Shown: positions 31,565 through 41,490 of the stretch, piece after piece
How positions within the stretch are numbered: the stretch's first letter is position 1
How the letters are laid out: each line of letters starts with the position of its first letter
Origin: an uncultured bacterium
GTDB lineage: Bacteria; Babelota; Babeliae; Babelales; Vermiphilaceae
Assembly (NCBI GenBank): GCA_963727255.1
Contig: CAVSFC010000002.1
Location: 224,001 to 288,000 of the forward strand
Direction: 5' to 3'
DNA: 64,000 bases
The notes under the pieces: model-generated
Databases searched by the model: none
What the model was told of the DNA's origin: nothing
The model's input: only the letters and a program-made list of their open reading frames with translations
Program-made: the position numbers and the translations under genes

Positions 31565-32472
31565 AATATGCGTTTGATACCAAAAGTTACCGGAAAGCGC
31601 AATTCAGAACCGATGCCGCCAGTAATCAAATTGGTCGCGAATGTTGGGCCTGGTAATGGGGTAGCAAATACTGATGGAGCTCTGAGGCGCGGCGCGCAGG
31701 AAACCACAAACTCTCCGGTTGCCATAAATGACCATCCATCACAAAAGCAAACATCAATACCCGCATTAATACCGCCGGCAACTACCGTATTGCGATTAAA
31801 AAAATGATTATTTGCAGTGCTACTTGCGGCTGATGGCACACAAGAATTTATTCCTGCTGCAGGCACCAGTATCACTGGGGTTCCATTGACACTGAGTGCT
31901 GCGTTTACATTAAAGTGGGAAGTGAACCCAACTTTTAAACCTATGAATGGCGAAACCCAATTGCAAAAGCGATCCCAATAATACCGAATACCAACATATC
32001 CATCAACTAAACTATACCGATTGAGTTTTATTAATAATGATTGAGTGGGGACTACATTAGGAAATACAAAGGAATATCCAGTCGTATTATGATGCTTTTG
32101 CGTTGCCTGCAAATAATTAAATTCTAAATACATCTCAACATTATCGGTCCATGCATACCCTAAAATCCCTCCAAAGGTCCAAGGCAATTTATAGAGGGTT
32201 TTGAATTTTGGGAAATGGGCCGCTAATTGATATACCGGATTTAATGGATTCGCAGGGCACGAGAGCAGATCCACTTCCCCTCGCTTGGTCCAGATAATGG
32301 GAGCAATTCCTGCATGCAACTGACCGGTATATGTGCCACAAAAAAGAGGATTGCATGCGCATTCATAAATAGGTCGGCAACAATTTTCATTAGCATACGC
32401 TTCTACTGCTGTGGCAGTTGTTAGGCAGAACAATACCAGGAGCAAAATTTTTTTTGCCGTTAATTCTTTCAT
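31561..32472 (-). CDS. Putative outer-membrane beta-barrel protein with Cys-rich N-terminus
   Basis: AAGGAG RBS, signal peptide, CCRPIYECAC, SPFIGLKVG, C-terminal GIKRIF. Confidence 0.7.
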   Translation of the reverse strand: MKELTAKKILLLVLFCLTTATAVEAYANENCCRPIYECACNPLFCGTYTGQLHAGIAPIIWTKRGEVDLLSCPANPLNPVYQLAAHFPKFKTLYKLPWTFGGILGYAWTDNVEMYLEFNYLQATQKHHNTTGYSFVFPNVVPTQSLLIKLNRYSLVDGYVGIRYYWDRFCNWVSPFIGLKVGFTSHFNVNAALSVNGTPVILVPAAGINSCVPSAASSTANNHFFNRNTVVAGGINAGIDVCFCDGWSFMATGEFVVSCAPRLRAPSVFATPLPGPTFATNLITGGIGSELRFPVTFGIKRIF

Positions 32473-32564
32473 TGAATCTCCTTTTAAGATTATTTGCTTC
32501 ACAATATAGGGCTAGTCTACGCAGAAAGAAAAATTAAAATCAAGTTATAGAAATCGCTATATTT

Positions 32565-32594
32565 TTGACAATGCTCTCTAAATTTTTCTATGGT
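32565..32594 (+). promoter_or_regulatory. Sigma70-type promoter for the 32646-36955 operon
   Basis: TTGACA-N18-TATGGT. Confidence 0.4.
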
Positions 32595-32645
32595 AATAAA
32601 GTTACCATTCGGATCTAAAAACCAATTTTCAAAGGAGACTATCTA

Positions 32646-34421
32646 ATGAACCAAACACCCTCTATGCGATTAGCGTTTATTGCTTTAATTGCATTATGCT
32701 GTTCAATCTTAATACATGCTGAAGATCATTGCATTAGGGGTCAAACGTATACTCTTAAGAAGAATGGGATAAATCGTGTGGATTTTTTAAGCCAAAAATG
32801 CGTTGATTCATTAAAAACGAGAATCGTTCCGGCTTGCCCTCCTGCACCAGGACCTGCACCCGTTTTGGTAGTGCCAAGCCAAAATCCAAATGCAATCGCT
32901 GGAGCATTTTTCCCAACAACTACCACTTCTAATTCATTGGTCGCTCCCCCTCAAACAATAGGTACTACTTTTGTAGCTGGCGATCAAAGCAGCAACGCGG
33001 GCTGGACCAAAACACCGCCCGAAACTATGGCGAGTGTAGGCCCACAACAAATCGTAGCCGCTTTAAATCCTGCAATTACTTCATTCACAAAGGCCGGAGT
33101 TCGGGACAATGTCCTCAATGTGGAGCCAAGCTCCTTTTTGAATCTCGATGGCGATTTTAATACCATTGCAGATATGTTTGAGCCTAGCATCTATTTCGAT
33201 AGTCAATCCAGCCGATGGTACTATATTGCACTCAATGCAAATCCAAACGGAACTATTCGTGGCAATAATGGATTTAGCATTGCGGTGAGCAGCAGCAGCG
33301 TGCTAACCTCTGCAACGACATGGACAGTCGTAAATATTTTTAATGCAACCTTAGTTCCCGATGAAAACGGTTGCCCTGGGGACCAAAATTTATTTTTTGC
33401 CTATCCTACGCTTGGTGTAGACTCAAATGCTTTGTATACCAGTTTTGCTATGTTTGATGTTAATGGTAATTATCTTACCAGCACTGCATTTGTGATTCAA
33501 AAAAAATCTTTACTCAACCCGGGTCCTGTTTTTGTAACGGTATTTAGAGATGTAGTGGGAGATGTTGGTGATGAATATCCTTATCGAGAAGCTTCGAGCG
33601 TATTAACTCCTGCTATAAATTTCGATACCAATCCACAATTTGGCTATTATCTAGCCACCGATCCAATGCTTTTCGGAAAATTAAATTTATACCGCGTAAT
33701 TAATCCCGGCAGTACCTCTCCAACACTATCTCCAGCTGTTGGCATTAATGTTCTTGAAACAAGCTCAAGCGCAGTTCCTTCCGTGCCATTTATGGGAAAT
33801 CTTTTTGGAAATTTAGGAGTGCTCAAGCTTTCAGATGATCGTATACGATCTCCCATTATCCGCAACGGGCAATTATATGCAACGCAGACAATCATGGTTA
33901 ATGCTTCCGGTATAGCCGATACAACTATCGGGGATCCGGCTGCACGTTCTGCCGCACGCTGGTATCAATTGAGTTTGAATGGCGCAGGCACTGAAACTGC
34001 AACAACTGTTCCAACTCTTATTCAAGCTGGCACCTTATTTGATAATGCGCCGTCAAATCCATTGTGGTATAACATGCCATCCTTGATGGTGAATTCAAAC
34101 GGGGATTTAGCAATGGGCTTTACCGTTTCAAGCAATCTTATCCCAACAAGCGCTGGCTTTGTCGGACGTATTTCTTCAGATCCGCTTGGCAGTTTGCGCA
34201 TCGGAAATCCACCTCCTTCAACATATGCAGTCGGCAGCGGGCAATATAGCAGAGCACTTGGGCTTGGTACTCCACCAGCTCATGGATCACTGGGTCAGCC
34301 ATGGGGATCTTATTCGAGCACAAGCCTCGATCCTTCGGATAGCCTGACCATGTGGACCATCCAAGAATTGGCAAATAATTCTTTAGAACAAGTGGTCGTT
34401 GCTCAATTAATTGCACCGTAA
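32646..34421 (+). CDS. Secreted beta-rich surface protein
   Basis: 591 aa; signal peptide; PPETMASVGPQQ, AYPTLGVDSNALY, WGSYSSTSLDPSD motifs typical of a family of extracellular proteins. Confidence 0.75.
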   Translation: MNQTPSMRLAFIALIALCCSILIHAEDHCIRGQTYTLKKNGINRVDFLSQKCVDSLKTRIVPACPPAPGPAPVLVVPSQNPNAIAGAFFPTTTTSNSLVAPPQTIGTTFVAGDQSSNAGWTKTPPETMASVGPQQIVAALNPAITSFTKAGVRDNVLNVEPSSFLNLDGDFNTIADMFEPSIYFDSQSSRWYYIALNANPNGTIRGNNGFSIAVSSSSVLTSATTWTVVNIFNATLVPDENGCPGDQNLFFAYPTLGVDSNALYTSFAMFDVNGNYLTSTAFVIQKKSLLNPGPVFVTVFRDVVGDVGDEYPYREASSVLTPAINFDTNPQFGYYLATDPMLFGKLNLYRVINPGSTSPTLSPAVGINVLETSSSAVPSVPFMGNLFGNLGVLKLSDDRIRSPIIRNGQLYATQTIMVNASGIADTTIGDPAARSAARWYQLSLNGAGTETATTVPTLIQAGTLFDNAPSNPLWYNMPSLMVNSNGDLAMGFTVSSNLIPTSAGFVGRISSDPLGSLRIGNPPPSTYAVGSGQYSRALGLGTPPAHGSLGQPWGSYSSTSLDPSDSLTMWTIQELANNSLEQVVVAQLIAP

Positions 34422-34464
34422 TTAATTTTTTTAGACTAAAATATTTAAAAAAAGGAAAAAGACC

Positions 34465-36471
34465 ATGACCAAAGAACAATTAAGTAAAAGAAGTATGCAG
34501 CGCTTGCTTTTTATATGCTCTATTATTCTGAGCGGAACCCAATGCAGCAGATTATTTGCTCCTGCAATGACGTATACTGTAACAACCAATGCTGATTCAG
34601 GTGCCGGCTCACTTCGCCAAGCAATTATCAATGCAAATGCAAATACTCCGTTTACTAATACCATTGATTTCAACTTTTTACCCGGGCCTATAACTCCAGT
34701 AACCGATCTTCCCACGATCACTAATCCAGTAATCATTGATGGCTATTTGGGAGCCCCAGGCGGCTCATCCGTTAACACCAATTTAATTACTGCAGCAAAC
34801 AATGCACAAATTACCATTGAAATAGTTGGCCCTGGAGCAGGGGCCAATTTAGCTGTTACTAATGGTCTTGTGCTTGGAGCAGGTTCCGATGGATCTACTA
34901 TTAGGGGATTATGTATCAATAATTTCGCAAGCGTTGATAGCCCCGGAACCACCTATGGAGCGGGCATACTTATTCTGAGTGATGGCAATACAATCACCGG
35001 CAATTTCATCGGTTCAAATACCAATGGCCTCCTCTCATTTCCTAATGCAACAGCAATAAATGTGCAAGGCAATAATAATATTATCGGGGGAACAACACCG
35101 GCCACCCGCAATCTTCTTTCTGGCCACTATCTTGGCGGCAGTAGCGGTGCATCGCGCATCAATGGTGTGGTGAGAATATCCGGCGATGGAACAATCGTCC
35201 AACAAAATACTATCGGGCTCAATGCTTTTGGAACTGCTCCGTTAATGCCCGATGCACATCAGGGAATTACCACGGTCGGTGCGGGCGCAACAACGGGAGG
35301 AACCACCCTTATTGGCGGCCCGAGCCATCTGGCTAATGGCAATGTAATTTCTGGCCATCATGCTGCTAACGTTGTTGTAGATCTCATAGAATCAAGTACT
35401 ATTGTACAAGGAAATTATATTGGCCTTGATGTTACCGGTTCGGTTAAAATAGCGGGCAATGGAATTGGCGTAAACTTTGTGCGTTCAAGTATTGTAAATT
35501 CTCCTGTTAATTCATTTTTTCAACCAGTAAACTTGGTAATCTCTGGCAATACGATTAGCGGCAATACCTATGGCGTTAGAGTTGGAGAAAATAGTTTTGG
35601 TGGATATCCTCTTTATAATACTCAGATTACGAATAATACCATCGGATTAAATGCGGCAAAAACTGCTGCGGTGCCAAACAGTCTTGATGGAATCTGGATA
35701 AAATATGGCATTGATAGCTATATTGAATTAAATGTTGTTTCGGGCAATTTAGGAAACGGCATCCTTATCGGCAAAGGTAAAAACACACTGATTAAAAGTA
35801 ATTATATCGGAACTGATACCACTGGAACTGCAGTGTTGGGCAATGGAGGCAATGGTATTCAACTGGGCATCAATGTTGGCAGTGGAGTTCCGGCGTTTGG
35901 TGATACCGTGGGCGGCTCAAAGCCAGGAGACGGCAATCTGATCGCTAATAATACCGGCAATGGCATTGAAATCGTTTCTTACACACAACAAGAAACCATC
36001 ATCGGCAATACGATTATCAAGAATGGCGGCAATGGCATTCAGATTGATCCGAATGCTTCCAATAATTGGATCGGCGGATTCAGAACTGCTGGCGATCTGC
36101 GGCTTATGGGAGATACTTCAAGCCAAGGATTTACCAATCTAGGGCCGTTGGGAATCAGTAATATAATTTCTATTAATACCGAAGCAGGAATAAGCGTTAA
36201 CGATTCTAATCTAAATACTCTGCAATCCAATTTCATCACCGGCAATGGTGGCAATGGCATTAGCCTTATTGATTCTTCAAATAATCTGATTGGTGGGCTT
36301 TATGGCAGTGCGGCAACAACTTTACCGCCCGTACTCGGAAATTCAGTTACGGGAAATAATGGATTTGGCGTAGAAGTTGAACAAGTAACCGGCAACGCAA
36401 CTGATAATTCAATTCTCTCAAACCGAATATTTAATAATACGAGCAGAGGTATTGCGCTAGTGACTGGATAA
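34465..36471 (+). CDS. Right-handed parallel beta-helix surface protein (VTTNADSGAGSLRQAI N-terminus)
   Basis: CSLREA-like start; repeated GNxIG, NxISGN, NGGNGI turns. Confidence 0.85.
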   Translation: MTKEQLSKRSMQRLLFICSIILSGTQCSRLFAPAMTYTVTTNADSGAGSLRQAIINANANTPFTNTIDFNFLPGPITPVTDLPTITNPVIIDGYLGAPGGSSVNTNLITAANNAQITIEIVGPGAGANLAVTNGLVLGAGSDGSTIRGLCINNFASVDSPGTTYGAGILILSDGNTITGNFIGSNTNGLLSFPNATAINVQGNNNIIGGTTPATRNLLSGHYLGGSSGASRINGVVRISGDGTIVQQNTIGLNAFGTAPLMPDAHQGITTVGAGATTGGTTLIGGPSHLANGNVISGHHAANVVVDLIESSTIVQGNYIGLDVTGSVKIAGNGIGVNFVRSSIVNSPVNSFFQPVNLVISGNTISGNTYGVRVGENSFGGYPLYNTQITNNTIGLNAAKTAAVPNSLDGIWIKYGIDSYIELNVVSGNLGNGILIGKGKNTLIKSNYIGTDTTGTAVLGNGGNGIQLGINVGSGVPAFGDTVGGSKPGDGNLIANNTGNGIEIVSYTQQETIIGNTIIKNGGNGIQIDPNASNNWIGGFRTAGDLRLMGDTSSQGFTNLGPLGISNIISINTEAGISVNDSNLNTLQSNFITGNGGNGISLIDSSNNLIGGLYGSAATTLPPVLGNSVTGNNGFGVEVEQVTGNATDNSILSNRIFNNTSRGIALVTG

Positions 36472-36526
36472 TAGCCATTAAAAATTGGCGGGAAACACCT
36501 GTTTCTCGCCATCAAAAGGAGATTTT

Positions 36527-36955
36527 ATGATCAAAAAAATAGCATTGATAAGTATAGCGCTCAGCAGTTGGCTTATGCATGGCTGTATTCCCACATGCAT
36601 TCAACAAGGCCCAAACCGATTGCAGCCAGCGCCGGTATTGGCAAGTGCAACAAATATTGATGGAGTGATTACAGTCAACGGAACTCTCTCGACAATTCGC
36701 AGAAATGCCACATATATTATACAATTTTTTGGCAATCCCGTATCTCGCGCAGGGCTCACTGAAGGAGATGATTTTTTAGGCCAAATTACTGTGACTACCG
36801 ATTGCTTTGGCAATGCACCATTTAGCGCAGTACTATTACCGCCAACACAAAATACTGATCCATTTATTAGCGCGACGGCTACCTTGGTATTATGCACCGG
36901 CCAAACCAGTGACACCTCTGAATTTAGCGCCAATATTCCGATAGTAATTTCATAA
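36527..36955 (+). CDS. Secreted Ig-like protein matching the domain that usually follows such beta-helices
   Basis: AAGGAG RBS, own signal peptide; PVLASA...GTL...YIIQFF.N...EG..FLG...VTTD..GNA.F...ISATAT...TSEFS. Confidence 0.7.
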   Translation: MIKKIALISIALSSWLMHGCIPTCIQQGPNRLQPAPVLASATNIDGVITVNGTLSTIRRNATYIIQFFGNPVSRAGLTEGDDFLGQITVTTDCFGNAPFSAVLLPPTQNTDPFISATATLVLCTGQTSDTSEFSANIPIVIS

Positions 36956-36972
36956 TTTTTAGTTTAATTTTC

Positions 36973-37006
36973 AGAAGGACCTTCGTTAGAAGGTCCTTCT
37001 TATTTT
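36973..37006 (+). terminator. Intrinsic terminator
   Basis: AGAAGGACCTTC-GTTA-GAAGGTCCTTCT perfect stem followed by TATTTT. Confidence 0.8.
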
Positions 37007-37108
37007 AGACCTGCCGCACAGACCTCTCATTTTTGTTTGACAAAAGCCTAAAAGACCGTACTCTTAGTATAACTTTTCATACTTTTTTCATATCTTTCGA
37101 ATGTAGAT

Positions 37109-37185
<77 letters not shown>

Positions 37186-37411
37186 GTCTTCGCTCCTACG
37201 GAGCTACGCCTGGCTACGCCATCTCTTAAGGCTGCACAATAAGATTTAACAGCACGATGCGAAGACTGTCCGGCCCTTCGGCAAGCTCAGGATAAACTCC
37301 GCTTAGGCGCCGTGTCCGGCGTCCTTCGATACGAAAACTGTATTTTCTACTCAGGATGACCGGAAGGACGCGTTTACTCTCGAGCAAAGTCGATGGATTT
37401 AGCGAAGACGG
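37186..37411. repeat. Composite/nested palindromic element directly after the tRNA
   Basis: GTCTTCGC...GCGAAGAC inverted repeats, an internal CCCTTCGGCAAGCTCAGG arm, and a segment homologous to 13262-13345. Confidence 0.65.
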
Positions 37412-37515
37412 ACATGTGGCAACAAACCAAATTGGTCCGACAAAATCATTTCTCACTTTACTTGATCGATCCATTTCTGTAATTTCAAAAAAAGAACCTA
37501 TAAAAAAGGATGGTC

Positions 37516-38040
37516 ATGAGAAACAAATTATTATTTCTTGCCTCATTTTTTTTCTCAATCTTTTTAGCAGCCATGGATAAACAACAAGTTCAAGCTCGAT
37601 CCCGAGATCTGCCCATACGAGATATTTCCAGTGATACTCTGAGCCGGTCTCCAGGAGAATGGTTTGCGCTTGAAGTGCGCAAAGATCAGGCGCTCCTTGA
37701 GCAGAAAGAAAACACTGGCAAGATCCAGGCAGCTGATGCAGTTACTTTTATAGCAGCACAATCTTTAGAACTGATAGATCAGATAAAAGAAAAATTATGC
37801 GCTTCACGCGGCGACTCTATAATCGATGAACAACTCAATGAAATGCTCAGCAGTCTTGATGGGCAAGAAGATGAACAACAGGTAACGCCCAGTTGTTGTT
37901 CGAGCTTAAAATCCCGTAAAGCGGATTTGTTTCTTGAAAAAATTCAAAAAGATCCTGAACTAAACTCAGAAATAAAAAGAATGATTATAAATCAGTCACT
38001 TCTTGTTAATAAAATTATCAGATCTTTAGAAACCAAGTAA
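37516..38040 (+). CDS. Hypothetical secreted protein
   Basis: Signal peptide ending LAA followed by Met. Confidence 0.65.
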   Translation: MRNKLLFLASFFFSIFLAAMDKQQVQARSRDLPIRDISSDTLSRSPGEWFALEVRKDQALLEQKENTGKIQAADAVTFIAAQSLELIDQIKEKLCASRGDSIIDEQLNEMLSSLDGQEDEQQVTPSCCSSLKSRKADLFLEKIQKDPELNSEIKRMIINQSLLVNKIIRSLETK

Positions 38041-38042
38041 GA

Positions 38043-38558
38043 TCAATCTTCATGATCTGAGCAACAGCAATCCACAGTCAATTTGAGACATTCTCGGCAG
38101 GTAAGGAAAAATGCTACGCTCGCAACGCACACCCCACCGATCAATAAGGCATTTTCTCGTTTTGTAAAAACAGGACTTTCATCAAAAGCGCAAACCATGG
38201 TTTGATTAAATGAAGGCATATGCCGAGCAGAACTCATATATTTACCAACTTTGTTAAGACAGACCAGTGTTCCAATTGCTGCGCCAATATTCGGCAAAGC
38301 CTCGGTAACACTGCGACGAACAAAATTAGTTAATTTACTGCTTACTCCAGCATAATTATCATGAGGATCAACATGGGATTGGCCCATCTCAATATATGAA
38401 TGAATCTCTGAGCCATCTTGAAATTCAAGTTTCTGTTCAAGCCGCCAGCCTGCAACTCTTACAGTATTCCTTTGCATGGCGTTTGAAAAACAGGTGATCA
38501 CTAATAAATTGAAAATAACAAAACATCTAATCATCCAAGCAAAATTCTTAATAATCAT
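38043..38558 (-). CDS. Hypothetical secreted/membrane protein with Cys-rich C-terminus
   Basis: AAGGAG RBS, signal peptide SNA|M, two TM-like segments. Confidence 0.65.
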   Translation of the reverse strand: MIIKNFAWMIRCFVIFNLLVITCFSNAMQRNTVRVAGWRLEQKLEFQDGSEIHSYIEMGQSHVDPHDNYAGVSSKLTNFVRRSVTEALPNIGAAIGTLVCLNKVGKYMSSARHMPSFNQTMVCAFDESPVFTKRENALLIGGVCVASVAFFLTCRECLKLTVDCCCSDHED

Positions 38559-38588
38559 TTATGCTCCTTCAAAATTCTTCACCGCAAA

Positions 38589-38930
38589 TTATTCTTGTTT
38601 CTGTTTATGCAGGTTATAATAGCTCCGTGCGATTGCAATTGCCATCAAGCTTCCTGTCAGAAAAAGTCCCCCATGCAAGAAGATACCTTGACTATAATGA
38701 GTAGCCTTTGCTGCAAATTCAGCAGTATCAAGGCTCGCTATTTTTAAAAGGGCTCTTCCAGACCAACCAGCGAACAGACTGCAGCAGATAAGAGATTTCC
38801 AACAATCGCGGTCCTTGGCAGTTAACTTCCATATTTGCAAACAACTTAGCTCAGGGCGATATTCTTTAATAGCTTTGCCAGGTTTGTTTTCTTGCAAATG
38901 CTTCTGCTTTTTCCAGTAGTTCTTTTGCAT
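38589..38930 (-). CDS. Possible small membrane protein; start uncertain
   Basis: Two hydrophobic segments; overlaps the NUDIX gene end. Confidence 0.4.
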   Translation of the reverse strand: MQKNYWKKQKHLQENKPGKAIKEYRPELSCLQIWKLTAKDRDCWKSLICCSLFAGWSGRALLKIASLDTAEFAAKATHYSQGIFLHGGLFLTGSLMAIAIARSYYNLHKQKQE

Positions 38931-39300
38931 TCGTATACGTTAATCTTTCATGCGCCTTTTCATAAGGCAACCATAAATAGCCTTGATGCTCGCGCGATAA
39001 TCTAATGCTTTGCTGTCCAGTTTTGCCCACAAAAAAAGTTACGGTTTTTTTTACCATTTTCCCACGCTCTTTAAAAACATAGGCCAATGATTCTTCAAAT
39101 CCGGGAATTATTTCTGCAGTTAATCCCGTTTCTTCTTTTAATTCACGTTGTGCAGCCTGTATTTTGGTTTCACCCGGCTCTAATTTACCTTTGGCAAAAT
39201 CCCAGTGGCCGCTAATATAGTGAAGAACAAGATAGTGAATCTCATAATCTTTGATGCAATAGATCACTATGCCTGCAGATTGTTGTTCAATCATGGTCAT
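38866..39300 (-). CDS. NUDIX hydrolase, Ap4A hydrolase-like
   Basis: GHWDFAKGKLEPGETKIQAAQRELKEETGL Nudix box; LSREH..Y.W. Confidence 0.9.
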   Translation of the reverse strand: MTMIEQQSAGIVIYCIKDYEIHYLVLHYISGHWDFAKGKLEPGETKIQAAQRELKEETGLTAEIIPGFEESLAYVFKERGKMVKKTVTFFVGKTGQQSIRLSREHQGYLWLPYEKAHERLTYTNAKELLEKAEAFARKQTWQSY

Positions 39301-39316
39301 CCAGTCTGTTAGAATT

Positions 39317-40870
39317 TCAATCGAGGAAATATAATCGAACGCCAAATAAGCTTCTACAATAATACAAGAGAAGTCCAGCCACTATTGATAATGGCCCAAC
39401 CCATAGCCAAAATCCAATTTTTTCAATAAAAAAGTATGCTAAGTCTTGAGGCAATAGCAATCGAATTAAAGATAAAATGCCACTATACGAAAGTAAAAAA
39501 AAGCAACCAACCCCAATTAATTGAAATCCGTATCGGGCGCAAAAATTTAAAAATTGCTGTAAATATGCATGTAAACCAAATTTTTTGCGCAAATAATAGA
39601 GCAATAATATGGTCTGCAAAATTCCTGAGATAGTAGTCGCTAGCGCAAGCCCAAATGCATGCAAGTTTGCCATAAATAAAAAATTTAAAATGATATTAAC
39701 TGCCGTTGCAATGATGGAAACAATACTTGGAATTCGGGTTTCATGCAGGGCATAAAAAACATTTAAAATAATTTTATTAAATGAGAAGAAAAATAATCCG
39801 ATTACAAATGCGATCAAGATATAGCCTGCTTGGTAAGCTTGCGCCAAGGTAAAGGATTTTGAAAGAAAAAGGGTAGTAAAAATTTTATCAGCAAAAAGAA
39901 TCATGAAAAGCATACAGGGAATGGTCACCCAAAAAACCAACTTTGCCGATTCTAATAAGTAAAAATTCAAACGCTTGGGCGCATAGGTGCTTATGCGCGA
40001 AAAGTGAGGCAATAGGATTGTAGAAAACGCAACGGCAAAAACGCCGAGCGGGATACCAACAAATCGATTCGCATAATAAATGAGAGATATGGAACCCTCA
40101 GGCAAATATGAGGCAAAACTCGTATCAATAAAAAGGCTAATCTCCATAACACTCATACTCAGCAGCACCATGAAAAACTTTGCCAAAATATTTGAAAAAG
40201 AATGCCATGTTTCTTTAGTTACTCTGCCAAAAGCAAAATCCAGGTTAATATATGCATGCAAATGCTGTAGAAACTGCAAGAGCCCGCCAAGCAAAATAAA
40301 AAAGCATAAGTAAATCACCGGAAGTTGCAAATACCAGCAAATTGCCAGACCACCAATAAAAACAATATTCAACAAAATTGGTCCAAATGCTGGCACAAAA
40401 AAATGCCCAACCGCTTGCAAAGCTCCCGCCAATAAAGCACTACTTGAGATAAAAAAGATAAAAGGCATTAAAATACGCAATAAAGGAACGGTTAAGGCAA
40501 TCTGCTCACCAGAAAATCCGGGAGCAATTGCTGCAATAACCTGAGGTGCAAAAATAATAGTAAGCCCGCATAAAATGAGTAAACTGCCCTCAAACAAGAT
40601 GAATGCTAATGACATCAGGCTATGAGCGTCATTCTTATTCTTACGCAAGGCGGTAACAAAAGAGGGAACAAAGGCGGCCGAAAGCGCTCCCTCAGCAAAA
40701 ATTTTTCTTAGTGAGCTGGGAATTTTAAAGGCGGTTAAAAAAGCATCCGATGCAGCGCCTGCCCCGAGGTATTTCACCATGAGCAGTTCACGAATAATGC
40801 CCAAAAACCGGCTCATCAAGGTTGAGCTGCCAATCTGAATAGTCTTTTTAATGATCGATCTTTTGTGCAT
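39317..40870 (-). CDS. murJ: Lipid II flippase MurJ (MviN)
   Basis: SRFLGIIRE, DAFLTAFKIPSSLRKIFAEGALSAAFVP, YYANRFVGIPLGVF. Confidence 0.95.
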   Translation of the reverse strand: MHKRSIIKKTIQIGSSTLMSRFLGIIRELLMVKYLGAGAASDAFLTAFKIPSSLRKIFAEGALSAAFVPSFVTALRKNKNDAHSLMSLAFILFEGSLLILCGLTIIFAPQVIAAIAPGFSGEQIALTVPLLRILMPFIFFISSSALLAGALQAVGHFFVPAFGPILLNIVFIGGLAICWYLQLPVIYLCFFILLGGLLQFLQHLHAYINLDFAFGRVTKETWHSFSNILAKFFMVLLSMSVMEISLFIDTSFASYLPEGSISLIYYANRFVGIPLGVFAVAFSTILLPHFSRISTYAPKRLNFYLLESAKLVFWVTIPCMLFMILFADKIFTTLFLSKSFTLAQAYQAGYILIAFVIGLFFFSFNKIILNVFYALHETRIPSIVSIIATAVNIILNFLFMANLHAFGLALATTISGILQTILLLYYLRKKFGLHAYLQQFLNFCARYGFQLIGVGCFFLLSYSGILSLIRLLLPQDLAYFFIEKIGFWLWVGPLSIVAGLLLYYCRSLFGVRLYFLD

Positions 40871-40872
40871 TG

Positions 40873-41382
40873 TTATTTTTTATTACAGGGTTGAATTGGA
40901 ACTGCAGGAGGAAAAGATTGGTTTTTTATGGTAACTATTAAGCTCATGTATTTGCAATCCGCTTGATGAATTAGCTTCCATCGTTCTTCAATCTCTTCAG
41001 CAGTGCATTCAAGCGGATCCAAACACAGGAATTTATTAGGATCTTTTTGTGCGAGTTCAGGATCGGCGGTAGCCCGTATTTTGCCATGCGTTTCTTCGCA
41101 CAAATCTGCTAAGAATTCTTGTTGATCATGGTATTTTTTCTCATATTCTGCAACAAATGCTACTTTTAATTTTTTTATCTCGCCATTCCGCTCATTGCAA
41201 GTTGTTTGAAACGCTTGGGATAAAAGAATTTTTAACTGAGTTTTCCGCCATTCGATCGGATCCAATGTGTCATTAGATTCCATAGCACATAAAGATAATG
41301 GCATTATTCCAAAAATAAGAATTTTTAATGATATTTTTCTTATGGAGATTTTATAACGAAAATGAGACATATTTTTGCCCAT
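40873..41382 (-). CDS. Hypothetical secreted protein
   Basis: Signal peptide LCA|MES. Confidence 0.6.
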   Translation of the reverse strand: MGKNMSHFRYKISIRKISLKILIFGIMPLSLCAMESNDTLDPIEWRKTQLKILLSQAFQTTCNERNGEIKKLKVAFVAEYEKKYHDQQEFLADLCEETHGKIRATADPELAQKDPNKFLCLDPLECTAEEIEERWKLIHQADCKYMSLIVTIKNQSFPPAVPIQPCNKK

Positions 41383-41490
41383 CCAAAATACTTTTTACCT
41401 AAATTTTTCAATTTTGAGTATAAGGCCAAATACTCTTGAGAACAATTATTTAACAAACGAGAATTATGTCCTATTTCAAAGTTACTATAG

